In this document: in pieces, positions 1 through 10,928 of the stretch | How positions within the stretch are numbered: position 1 is the first letter of the stretch | How the letters are laid out: every line of letters starts with the position of its first letter | Assembly (NCBI GenBank): GCA_002256025.1 | Contig: NKIB01014967.1 | Span: 1-39,257, forward strand | Direction: 5' to 3' | DNA length: 39,257 nt | Origin: Asterionella formosa | Taxonomy: Eukaryota | Made by a program: the position numbers and the translations under genes | Notes under the pieces: model-generated | The model's database searches: none | The model's input: only the letters and a program-made list of their open reading frames with translations | Told to the model about the DNA's origin: nothing

Positions 1-592
1 TGTCTCTGCTTCTAGCCTTCCTGCTAGATAGACTAATTGACCTTCCTGTCAATTAACACACTGTTTCCTCGGTTGATAATCTAAATCTCAAATTAAATTA
101 TAAGCTAAACTAAATGTTTCCTTTCCATGCATCTTTGCTTCCTGCAAAGTCATTCTAAGACTCTCTTCGAGTTTCCACTTAACATTTCCATAGAAATCTT
201 CAATCTCTGATCTCGTTAGACAGCTGATTGACGTGGCAATGCAATATTCGACTCGTTCGATTACAATCGAGTCCACAATCCTTGTGACTCGGGCTAATAT
301 TCTTGACATACATAGACCTGTATCAAAGTACAATATAACGGTAAGATATAGCTAGCGGGGTAGTCTGTGATTGTGTCCTCTTATATTATATTAGTCTACA
401 ATCACTAAGAGTACTTTTGTGCTTTGATGAGCGTCCACTACCAGTATACTACAACAATAGGTACCTAGTACCAGGTACCCTGGTACCTGATGGTCAACAG
501 TCACCACACAATGATATAAGGACATCGATGATCATGAGAAAAATGGTAGACGACCAACAGCACGTATACAATACCGGTACTGGCAGTATCAA

Positions 593-682
593 GCAACTTG
601 CGGTAATTGTGATCAAACTAAACACTTAGCTATCTTTATCCCATATTAAATTGTTTATTTAAACAAAGTGACCGCAACTCGC
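593..682. mobile_element. ~90-bp MITE-like element, copy A
   Basis: Imperfect terminal inverted repeats gcaacttgcggt (593-604) / accgcaactcgc (671-682) around an AT-rich core; aligns end to end with the reverse complement of 22262-22358. Confidence 0.75.
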
Positions 683-727
683 ACTGGTACCAGGTACCAG
701 TAACTGGTACAAGATACCGTATCAACC

Positions 728-2476
728 ATGAAGGGCAGCAGCCATCAATCGTGTTGTCTTGACCAGGCATCCGCAGAAATCAAGGCCCTACTGTATAGTA
801 CTTCATCGCGACTCCGATCATTCAGCCAGCAGTCGCAGCTGCTGCAAATATCGGCGACTGCATCATTGTCAAAAGCTGTCGAGACGACAGCGAAGATGTC
901 TGGAATTATGTTTCAATCGTTTCGTCGGCGATTGCAATGGGCCGTCACCAGAGGTATTGGTAGCCTCTCCAACGACAATCACAACCAGCAACGCGTCGTT
1001 TCGGTCGTGGCTTCAGAGTACACTGATGCTTCTTCGAAGGGGGCACAATGGGTAGCAGCTGCAGCTGTAGCCGGTGCAGTAGCGGGTGCAGCGGCAATTG
1101 CAAGCGCATCGCGCACAAACTGCGAAGAGCTTCCTTCGTTTGGCAGTTCCAGCGATTCCATGTTGTATCCAGGAAAGGACGCACAAGGAGAAGAGTCTCT
1201 TGAAGACATTTTTCTTACCACGCTTCAGTTTGACAAGAACGATGCCGGTAAGGAGAGTCAGATTAGCCGGGGCATTGAAGCCCTGGAAACAGTCATGCAT
1301 CCCTCCAAGATATTGGCACACTCGTCTTACCTCCTTCACACTGACGAGAACCCAAAGGTAACCACTCGCCAGATGTATTTTTACCGAACACCTGGTATCG
1401 AATCCAAGGTGGCTGGCAAATTTGTCCTCTTGGCTGGGCCCTCTAGTAAGGAACTGGGCTGTGATGTCGCGCATCTGCTAGGAACTGACGTCAGCGTTAT
1501 GCAAGTTGGCAAGTTTGCAGACGGCGAGACTCAAGTTCAGGTTGTTGATTCTGTCCGAGGCAAGCACGTATACATCATCAATTCAACGACATCTTCGGAT
1601 GCTTTGATGGAACTTTTGTTGATCATTTCGACTTTGCGTCGTGCCGGGGCCAGAAAGATCACAGCGGTCATTCCTTACTACGGATATTCTCGTCAAGACC
1701 GCAAGGTCAAACGTGAACCCATCGCAGCTGCAGACGTGGCACTAATGTTGGGACAAATGGGTGTAGATCAAGTCATTTGTATGGCCTTACACGCTGATAC
1801 AACCAGAGGCTTTTTCCCTCCCAAGATTCCGGTCGAACACTTAATGCCAGGGCCAGTGGCCGCAGCCTACTTTCACGAAGAATTGGTCAGTATGCCACAT
1901 CCACCACTGGATACCATGGACAGTCCTGATAGCCCCTACTATCCCAATGTAACTGTGGTGGCGGCACATGAGGGACAAGTCGCTAGAGCCGCGGAGTTCC
2001 GGTCTGTATTACAGCGTCTGAGTGGAGCCGACATTGGGTTGGCCTGTGTGGCAAAGACCAGACAGCAACCTGGCCAAACGTCGTATGAACCACTTTTGGT
2101 TGGCGATGTCAAAGGCCGCAAATGCATCATCGTCGATGACATTGTGAATACAGGAAACACTTTACGGACGAGTATCCAACAATTGAAGGAATGCGGCGCA
2201 GAATCGATTCACGCTTGGGTCACTCACGGTGTTTTTGCCGCTCCTGAAAATACTGCTCCCGAAATGTTGCAAGCGATGGAGGAGTTGGAGTACTTGTTGA
2301 TATCCAACTCTGTGGGAATTTCACGTCGATTGCCCCCCAAGATTAGACAACTTAATTTGGCACCTTTGTTGGCAGAAGCCATTGCTCGGGCGTTGAACAA
2401 TCAGTCTGTGTCAGGTATTTTGAATCTCGATGAAACTACTTCAGCTGACCGCTACGATGATGATAGCTCGGATTAA
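728..2476 (+). CDS. Ribose-phosphate pyrophosphokinase (PRPP synthetase) family protein, divergent, probably mitochondrial; likely true start ATG 896
   Basis: Motifs [90 protein letters not shown]. From 896 the N-terminus is an Arg-rich presequence-like segment ([15 protein letters not shown]). Confidence 0.92.
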   Translation: MKGSSHQSCCLDQASAEIKALLYSTSSRLRSFSQQSQLLQISATASLSKAVETTAKMSGIMFQSFRRRLQWAVTRGIGSLSNDNHNQQRVVSVVASEYTDASSKGAQWVAAAAVAGAVAGAAAIASASRTNCEELPSFGSSSDSMLYPGKDAQGEESLEDIFLTTLQFDKNDAGKESQISRGIEALETVMHPSKILAHSSYLLHTDENPKVTTRQMYFYRTPGIESKVAGKFVLLAGPSSKELGCDVAHLLGTDVSVMQVGKFADGETQVQVVDSVRGKHVYIINSTTSSDALMELLLIISTLRRAGARKITAVIPYYGYSRQDRKVKREPIAAADVALMLGQMGVDQVICMALHADTTRGFFPPKIPVEHLMPGPVAAAYFHEELVSMPHPPLDTMDSPDSPYYPNVTVVAAHEGQVARAAEFRSVLQRLSGADIGLACVAKTRQQPGQTSYEPLLVGDVKGRKCIIVDDIVNTGNTLRTSIQQLKECGAESIHAWVTHGVFAAPENTAPEMLQAMEELEYLLISNSVGISRRLPPKIRQLNLAPLLAEAIARALNNQSVSGILNLDETTSADRYDDDSSD

Positions 2477-3137
2477 TTGAAACAATGATGCAGATGCTCC
2501 CTCAACCTGGGCATTAACAATATTTATAGCCAATGTGGCAAATTCTTGACCAAGTACTGTAGTATGCATATCCATATGCGTGTGGGGCGGGGTGTTCAGC
2601 ACCCCTTGTCGCTCGTACTTGAAACTTGACCACCGTCGAATCCTCAATTAGACTTGCTAGCTATTCATATCGAGAATAAATCTCAATGAGTTCCACTACC
2701 GGCATCCTGTCAAAGGCCGGATGATTGTATGTCGATCACATACCGGGAATTGGAATCGTGGTTGGAAACGCTGATAATAGCTACACGATACATACTGACA
2801 CGGAAAAATGCGTCGTAGTCGAGGCTATGTATTAATCCCATGCGAAAGGAAACGACCAGACCAGTTTATCTGTCTGCTCTGATGACCTCGCCGTGGGTAA
2901 CTACATTTTTATTTATTGAAAACACCTTGAAGTTTATGTACGCAAGATGGCGGAGTGATTGATAATGTGTGATTTTCCACGACGGAATTTCCATCATGAG
3001 GAATGAAACGGTCGAAATCACACTTTCTAATAGAGACGAGAGTTATCGGCTCATTGTTCAATTGATCATTTTTAATTCCCACTTCCCATTAATCTTCAAC
3101 CGCCCATTGCTATATCAGCTCAGCGCAAGATTGCAAA

Positions 3138-6100
3138 ATGACAAGGCTTGCCGTCTTTTTCTTCGCTTTTTCCTACCATGTCAGGTCCACACACTCTACT
3201 AGTAGGTGGAATCTACGACGTGATCTAATAGGAACGACATTAACGGAGATGTTTGAAATTCCCCTTATAATCGTCCTCCACAACCTAGATGAGGCGGCTG
3301 CCAGTGCCTTGGAAACTCTGGACTTGACTTTACCTACGGTCCTCGATTTTTGCGAGGCAGTGAGAGATCAGGTATGTTACATTTTAATTTCGTCATTTCT
3401 CTGCCTATGTAGTACACACCGGTGCCATACCAGGAACTCCCTGGAAGAAGCAATTGACATGCAAGGATGGTCGTGCGACCGTATTGCTGACGGGTAAATC
3501 ACGGGTAAAATTTGGCGCGAAAAATGTAAAGCGACTACCGGCAATGGACACCATATATCAATGACAACTGTCATCTTATGAAAGATACGAGTTACCATCA
3601 CATAGTGCCGTCATGATCGAGCTTTTTGAGTGCTTTGAATGTTGCTGTTTGATGCGCTACGACTTGACGTATAATCCATCCCCATGCATGTATTGGGTCT
3701 CTCACGCTATGCATTCTTCTGCGCTCTTTATAGGCCGGCGGTGAGGAGGTGACTGGCGCTGCTAGTGCGGCTGGGGTATCCATCGCAACGGCTCCGAATT
3801 CGACGCTGGAATGCGCGATCATTGGGACTATTCTGTACCCAGCAGTTATCGGGTCTGGACATGTTACGCTTGAGCTGTCTGTGATTCAACTCGTCTATGC
3901 CGCTGCGATAAATACTTCTGATTCTCTGACGCAGGAAATTGTTCGCAATCTGGTGGAATATGGTTTCAATCAGAGCCACGGAGGGAGTGCTAAATTTCGA
4001 ATGCTGCTAAGTGAGAAGAACGCAGTGTTTGAGTCCTTGCAGGATATTGATGTCCAGCTCGGTTTGATTCCAATCTCGGACCAACCATCTTCCTCGCTCG
4101 TACCATCTTCCTCGCCCGTCAGCGCTCTTGACTTTTCTGTGTCAGAGATACCCACCTCGACGTCGACATTTGAACCTTCTATCACTCCATCGTCCGATCC
4201 AGTTTCTATCAATCCGACACCTCCTCCAACAGGAAGTCCGACACTTTTGCCAACTATCATTCCATCCTACGCACCTAGCGCTGCGTTGCCCACTCGCCCT
4301 CCAACATCTATCCCTACAATTCTTCTGACGAAAATACCAACTCCTGCCCCTACTTTGCTTCCTACTACACTTGTCCCGACGGACACACCATCACAAGCAC
4401 CCACTGCTAGACCGAGCATTACGATGACTTTTTCTCCATTATTGTTGACTTTGGCACCCACGACTTCTCCTACGGTCGGTATATCGACAAATCAGCCTAC
4501 TGCGCTAGCTGAGCAAGAGAAACCCGTGGCCACAGGACCTTCCACTGCTCCCGTTCCAACTATTCTGTCGAACAATTCCCCGGCATCTAGCACGAAGATG
4601 GAGCCAAGTATTGTTGCCGCAATTGCTTGTGGGGCCCTGGTGGCTATAGTGGCTTTTTGTTCCTTTTTATTTTTTTGCTTGAAAAGGCGTAACACAAAGG
4701 AAGACGACCAGGATTCAAATGGATTTGGGACACTGAGACCGACTCACTTCGATACTCGTGCTCCTCGATCGGACGGATCCAAGTCGCATCATTTTGGTTC
4801 TCGTGCTAGCAGTAGTAAGTCGAATCGAACAGAAACAAAAGTTCTTCCATTCATTCCAACGGAAGTAAATTTGGACGACGACGGGCAATCATTGGCAGAT
4901 ACAACGCTGGGAGACCAGACTGCTGGACGTAGACCTCTAAAGAAGAAGAAGCGTTTGATTAGTGCGAAAGCCGCATATGCCTCGTTTGATGAAGAGTCTC
5001 TATATACATCAACTGAAAAGAACTCTGAGAGAAAGATGTACGGCATTCAGCACTCCTCGGAAATTGAAGACGATGACAGCGTCGGCAACAGTCGAAACAA
5101 CACAAACGACAACATTGATTATAACAACTTTTTCATGTCCAATGATGCCTTGACGGGACATTCGGACAGTGTAAAGAATTTTAAACTAGCGAGCGAAGTT
5201 TCCCCAAGATCTCCCATTGCTGGCAAGATTGCTGCTTTGCTCGATGCCGAGTTGAACGGAAGTGACTCTGATTCTTTCCATTCGGGTCTTTATATGAACA
5301 ATACTGATTCTCCAATATCTGTGGCGCTGTCCAATTGCGAGCAAAACAAGAAGATGAATGTTTTTGATCGGGTCAACTTTGACAAGGCCTCCTTTGCTGA
5401 CATTGCCAATCCACTAGAGGGCAATACGGTAACTGTTCCTATGGAAAGAGAGTCGGTTGCGGATCTGCAATCGAACGGCCACGATCACAAGCTGCTATCA
5501 GGGAGAATTTCTCGTGAAAGTGACGATCAATCCTCCGACAGTGACTCCTCCAAGTCGATCCCCTTTTCGCGTTCAGACTCAAGATCATCAACGACAAAGA
5601 AAGTCGACAATCTAGCTGGTTCTATGGCTATCGACTCCAGTTCTTCACTAAAGCAGATCGAATCAATGTCTCAAGAGGTCGAAAACAATCTCGACCCCTT
5701 TTCTCTAGGGCTGGCGATGGACTCCAATTCTTCGCCTCTGCGTAGCCGAAAAGATTCCCGTCCGCTCAAGCGCCCTACAGTTCGACCTTGGGCTCCCACG
5801 ACCCTGCAATATCGCACTCGGCCTCTAGAAGGCGGAGCTCATTCTAAGCTGAGACGTTTCACACCGGTTGCATCGTCCAAAAACGGGATCCATCGTGTCA
5901 AACAGCCTAGGCTAGACTCCGAAACTCTTGGAGTTAAGTTACCGCATGACTCAAAGGACTCTGATTGGTTTTGTTCGGATGATGAGAAGGATAAGGATGA
6001 TTTATCTGAACCTTTTGGCGGAACGTTTGGTCATCAATCGGGGTCGAATGATTTCGAATCCTTGGGTTCTACAATTTTGAATAAGTCAATTCCTTCGATA

Positions 6101-6607
6101 CGTCCCCGTGCAAGTGCCAGTGTTGGAAGCCATGGATTGAGACGAAATTCGTCAGAGGAGAAAAACACGAATTATATGGTACCTAGATCCTTGGATCAGC
6201 AACTATCATCCCTCGACAAAGCGAACTCGAAGAGTGACCGCTCAACGTCTTCTTCCACTATTTCTGGTGGACGAGTCGCCAAGAGTGTAATTAGCCAATC
6301 ATCGTCAACTGAACGCCCTAGTACTAATCACCGTGTTATCGTGGTTATTGTTCCAACAGGAAAATTGGGTATCACTTTGGCTAATTGCCGTGATGGAAAG
6401 GGAACAGTTATTTCCGAAGTTCGACAATCCAGTGTGTTGAGTGGATCTCTGGTAGCTGGTGACAAGTTGGTAGCGATTGATGGCCTTGATGTTCGTGGTA
6501 TGGCTGTCTCGCAAATTTCATCCATTTTGGCATCCAGATCACAGCATGAACGACAATTGACTGTAATGACAACAACAGAGTTGCGATCACTTGTTCAAGA
6601 ACCATAG
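3138..6607 (+). CDS. Spliced type I membrane protein: signal peptide, Pro/Thr/Ser-rich stalk, one TM helix, disordered cytosolic tail, C-terminal PDZ domain (exons 3138-3371 and 3734-6607)
   Basis: Exon 1 MTRLAVFFFAFSYHVRS ends CAG|GTATGT at 3371/3372. Acceptor tctttatag|GCC at 3733/3734 has ctcac upstream and is in phase 0 with the 3749-6607 ORF. TM IVAAIACGALVAIVAFCSFLFFCL-KRR; PDZ VIVPTGKLGITL...GTVISEV...GSLVAGDKLVAIDG. Confidence 0.8.
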
Positions 6608-6811
6608 AGTGACGCTACTAGTGAAATCTATACGTATATATACATATGAAAGTCGAATACAATACTAAACGATAAATGGACCTTTTTACATCCATATCGT
6701 ATACACATGTGGCGTGAAAAATGTTCCGGGTGCAGGTAAATAATAGTGTTGCAGGAATCAATCATGTAATGCACTCAAAAACCTCAATTTCTCAAGTATG
6801 ACGGTTCTCTG

Positions 6812-8080
6812 TTAAATAGTTTGTCCCGAGTAGCTAGAATATACAGTGCTATTGTCTGTTGAATAAACTGAAAGATTGTCTGCAGAGTACACAGTACTTG
6901 TCTCCCTTAGAGCAGCTTCGTCCTCTGAATGAAAATCAATTGGCAATGAAACACCTACTCCACGACTCGGGATGTACCGATGCTTTGAGTGCACACTGGG
7001 TTTCCGTGTCTGATGTAGCGGTGTTGTGTATTCTAAATCAAAGTTATCCTCGTTGCACTGATACCTTTTCAATGAGCCTGGCGGTCGTGCCATTTGTACA
7101 GGTGCTGAGTTCAGCGTACCACCACTGGATCCCGGAGGAGTACGACCCGAAAGTCGCTTGACAAGAGACCGGGACCTGGCAGTTCGTTTCATGGATTGAC
7201 AAAGTTTTTCCATTCCTTCGCTGTAAAACTGGAGGTTGTTTCTGGAAAATTGCTGCAAGGATTGAGCATGAGGCTCTTGCACATAAGCAGGGTGAAAGGA
7301 GCCAGAAGATGCGCTGATGGCTGCGACGTGGATATTCTGTTGCTGCTGAGCTAGTACTGTGTATGGATCACATGAATTCTGCATTACAGAATGCAATGGC
7401 ATAGATGGTGCGGCTCCAGGGAATGAACGAACACGATCTAGCACCATAGGTGGAGATATCATGATACCATGAGCTGATTGGGAAGTGAGCGACATCGATT
7501 CTGGCGGGAGCCCCGTGGGAGGCATGGGTGCAATAGGGACGGGTGCTGAAGGAGAAACGGGAACTGGCTTCCGACGTTGCTTCGCCTTTTTTGAAGAAGT
7601 TGGTGGTTTCTTGCAGTAACCAGGGAACCTTTGGCTATCAATCACCATTCTCTTGTCCTTCTCTGCTTGGGGCTCTGGTTTCGAACGCATAGGCGTTGGT
7701 TCAAAGAGCTGGTCTGTCGATTTCAGATTGGCGAATTTGAATTGTTGCTCCATTTGCTCTAGCTGTTGTTGTTGCTGCTGATGTTGCTGATGTATATGCA
7801 GTTGAAGTGGAATTGGCAGCAGCTGCTGATGTCGCTGATACGCAGAACCGCACGAGGACGGCGCCATGGGAGTAGGCTCCATATCCTCGAGCTGCATTTC
7901 GAATGAATTGCTGCTGCCAGCCGAGTCTTGGAACAACGGCGAATTCAACAAATCAGAGGGATTGAATTCAGCAAATTCGGGATCTTCGGGCTTGCCGTCT
8001 TGCAAAAGGCTCTCAAGATCTCTATGGGACGTGTCTTCTATTGGATCCATTCTGCCGCCACGGAATGAAATCATGGCCAA
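6812..8080 (-). CDS. Q/P-rich hypothetical protein with a short helical motif (MEKLCQSMKRTARSRSLVKRL), possibly regulatory
   Basis: 422-aa open frame with polyQ tracts, acidic N-terminus with FEPTPM/MEPTPM repeats, and basic KKAKQRRK; no recognisable folded domain. Confidence 0.75.
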   Translation of the reverse strand: MAMISFRGGRMDPIEDTSHRDLESLLQDGKPEDPEFAEFNPSDLLNSPLFQDSAGSSNSFEMQLEDMEPTPMAPSSCGSAYQRHQQLLPIPLQLHIHQQHQQQQQQLEQMEQQFKFANLKSTDQLFEPTPMRSKPEPQAEKDKRMVIDSQRFPGYCKKPPTSSKKAKQRRKPVPVSPSAPVPIAPMPPTGLPPESMSLTSQSAHGIMISPPMVLDRVRSFPGAAPSMPLHSVMQNSCDPYTVLAQQQQNIHVAAISASSGSFHPAYVQEPHAQSLQQFSRNNLQFYSEGMEKLCQSMKRTARSRSLVKRLSGRTPPGSSGGTLNSAPVQMARPPGSLKRYQCNEDNFDLEYTTPLHQTRKPSVHSKHRYIPSRGVGVSLPIDFHSEDEAALRETSTVYSADNLSVYSTDNSTVYSSYSGQTI

Positions 8081-9069
8081 TTAAATAAAAGTGATGGGAT
8101 TCGCTGTGCTGTTGACTGGCTGTTTCACCATTGTTTGGTGCGATGACAAATCGTCTTCGTGCGGCTTCGCGTTGTGTAATTCGAATCACGACAATCATGC
8201 TGTCGTGCACGAACTCAGTACCTGGTACCTGGTACCGTATTCACAACATTGTGGTACAGCTGCATATAGCATTTTGGAGGGCTATATTCTGTGCATCCCA
8301 GTCATAGGTTTTCAAATGGAGTGCCGGTACCTGGTACCAGGTACGTGGTGACTACTCGATGTTAAATCGTTCAAGTCGGCCGGGAGATCAATTACTTTAA
8401 CGGTTTGTTCTTGATAAATAAAAAACGTGGTGCTGCAGAATACTTGAAGTAAAGTTCTGCAATTATGCGTTTGCTGCCTCGTCACTACCAGGTACCGTAT
8501 GTACATGAGAATAAATAACCTAAAATATGACTATTTCAAGAATAGATGGCCGCTCCGTGATAACATTCCAATCTGGTTTGACAAGTTGCATCGGAGGCCC
8601 AAGCAGCTACAATAACAAGGAACACCGGTAGCTGAGAGAGGTTAACGGTAGCCACTATGGAGTACCAGGTCCTGTAACCGGTACCAGCACCAGGTACCAG
8701 CAGAAACGTATTTTCTACCTGGTACCAGTTACCAGTACTGGTACCAAGTACATGGTACCAGTTAGCAAACGGTTCATACCGATAGCTGCAGGAAATCCAC
8801 GACTTGAGGAATTACGCCCAGTCGGGACTACTATTGGGTTAATACATTGAAGGAACCTGAGTACCATATAATTCATTTTTCTGGCCCCACTGTGCATTTT
8901 TTTCGAGGTTGCAACAGACACCCAATAATTTTCTAGACATAAACAAAGTAATGTACTAGCTATTATTCGGATTTTTCTGGAGGAAATTGAGTGATGCTAC
9001 CGTTATAAGATAACAGTGCTACCAGCACATAAAATATGAATCATGTTGTCAACAACAATCAACAGTCAA

Positions 9070-9365
9070 CATGATGGAGAGTTGGCTGCTTGGTCTGAAG
9101 AATGCTCCCAACAATGGGCACTCATGTGAGCAACATGAATGCTGTGGAAAGGTGTGCCTTGAAGTCAGATGATGTGATCAGGTTCAAGCTGGCTGTTGTT
9201 GAGGATTTTTGGGCAAGCCATTGGAGACAATCAAGACCATCATGATCATCAAGGATCATGCTGGCACAGAACTTTGCACTGTTGGATTTCTGGGCAGAGA
9301 AGTTGCTGCATTGCCATCACAAAGAATCAAGTACATCAACAAGTTTTTGCAGGTGCTACATCTAA
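9070..9365 (+). pseudogene. Frameshifted remnant of a small Cys/His protein of a type I recall from diatom repeat regions (NGHSCEQHECCG...CTVGFL)
   Basis: Pieces in different frames read DGE..GLKNAPNNGHSCEQHECCGK / DDVIRFKLAVVE / ETIKTIMIIKDHAGTELCTVGFLGREV...KYINKFLQVLHL, then run into a repeat array at ~9366. Confidence 0.5.
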
Positions 9366-9740
9366 GCCGCATATTACGTGAAGTGACCATCACGTAAATA
9401 AGCCTAGTTGATTTTGAATGGATCGTTCAAATGACTTAGTTGAACACATCAAAATGCTTTCTTGAATATATCTATGAATTATCTGAATACATCACATTAA
9501 TTATTTGATCAGAGTATCATGCATGCATTCCTGATCATCACTATATTACGTGATCACCTTCATGTAATTATTTGAAATACTTCAATTAATTCTGTAATTT
9601 AGTTCACATTGCCTTATAATTTTGTTCACGTAATTCTATAATATAGCTAGTTCACGTAATGTATTAAATATGTTGACGTAATTTAAAAGTACTATCAAAT
9701 AATGTTGATTCCTAATTCAACTACTGATATTTCACATTAC
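9366..9740. repeat. Cluster of TTCACGTAAT-like motifs in both orientations (subterminal-repeat-like)
   Basis: attacgtgaa (~9374), tcacgtaaat (~9390), attacgtgatc (~9545), ttcacgtaatt (~9625), ttcacgtaatg (~9651), ttgacgtaatt (~9673), plus degenerate copies in an AT-rich tract. Confidence 0.65.
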
Positions 9741-10575
9741 ATGGGAAACAAATCTCGTCATGCAATCAAACAAAGCTGTTCTATCAGAATGGAATCTTCA
9801 GTCTTGAGAAGGCATGCATTATGAGACATCGGTAAGGACATTGCAAGACAAAGAGAAGCCATTCATTCAGAAGGGGAAAATTATTCACTCTTGAACAGGC
9901 ATCATTGTAGGAAGTTGCCACATGAATGCATCACACACTGGCTTCCTTCTTGTCCTTGAAATGACTTCTTCATTGACCTCCAAAGATTTACATAACAACA
10001 GTGGCTGTGTCGGTAATTCATATGATAGAACTAGCAACAGCAGAAAGCAACTCACACATGTAGTAGTATTCAACTGTTCCTCAGGGCGGTCGAATTGAAA
10101 CAACAAAACGGCAACAACCAGGCAGTCCCACAACTCACTGATGCGTTCAAAAGAATGCTCCTGTTGTGAAATGGACGGCTAAAATGTAAAATAAATGTAG
10201 ACAACAATAACAAAACCATGTGATTTATCGCTCGCTTTGCTGATATAATGACAAAAGCTGACGATTGAGCTTACCTTAAAGGCCTCCATTGCGGGTCTCC
10301 ATTTTGGATCATTTCACCCTCTATCACTCATGCTTTCCAAAGAACACTCCTTTGCTGAAAAGGCCTGTTCAAATGTCAAAAGCCATGACTTCATCTTTGT
10401 ACCAACAGAACCTACAGAACCTACAATCTACACGAAAAAACCTGGCGCAGTCTTGTTACTTTGTCGGGACAAATTCTGATGCTACAAGTGTGACCTAAAA
10501 CAAATATGACAAGAAGTAGAGGAGGACACAACAGCCAATGGTTACTCTTAATATATTCACAGTAAGAACGCCATA

Positions 10576-10744
10576 TTCTATTGTAACAAGGGGAATACAG
10601 GAATGCTGGTAGGGTAAAGCAACCTACAGTTCCACAGCACGCACGTAGAAATGAGTACAGTTTCACAGTACAAACGGCATAATTCCTATTGTAACAAGAA
10701 GGGGAAGACGGAAATACTGGTAGGGCAAACCTACAGTCTCACAC
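10576..10744. repeat. Imperfect direct repeat, two ~60-bp units ~108 bp apart
   Basis: ctattgtaacaaggggaatacaggaatgctggtagggtaaagcaacctacagt versus ctattgtaacaagaaggggaagacggaaatactggtagggcaaacctacagt. Confidence 0.75.
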
Positions 10745-10928
10745 TTGTAACGACGACCTGGTTCCTCCTAGTACTACCAGTCAGGAGTACCTGGTGGTAC
10801 AATACAGTATAGCTAATTGTTAGTATGTCTGAGTGCAGGGTCAAAAGACTCAAGGTACCTGGTACTGGTAGTATGTATCATAGCCCTGTGTAGGCCTTCT
10901 ATACCGGTACCTGGTACCATAAGATATC

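Noticed and set aside
1..415. Possible repeat or LTR fragment at the window start with a gtgattgt/acaatcac hairpin
   Set aside because: No second copy or coding context in the window; an 8-bp stem is not significant alone.
8341..8496. Possible ~150-bp MITE (gtggtgac ... gtcactac)
   Set aside because: The inverted repeat is only ~8 bp and embedded in GGTACC-rich sequence; similarity to 22100-22190 is too weak to call.
10576..10744. CRISPR-like repeat-spacer array
   Set aside because: Only two diverged units, in a eukaryotic TE context, with no cas genes; the 17456-17541 repeat has no spacer at all.
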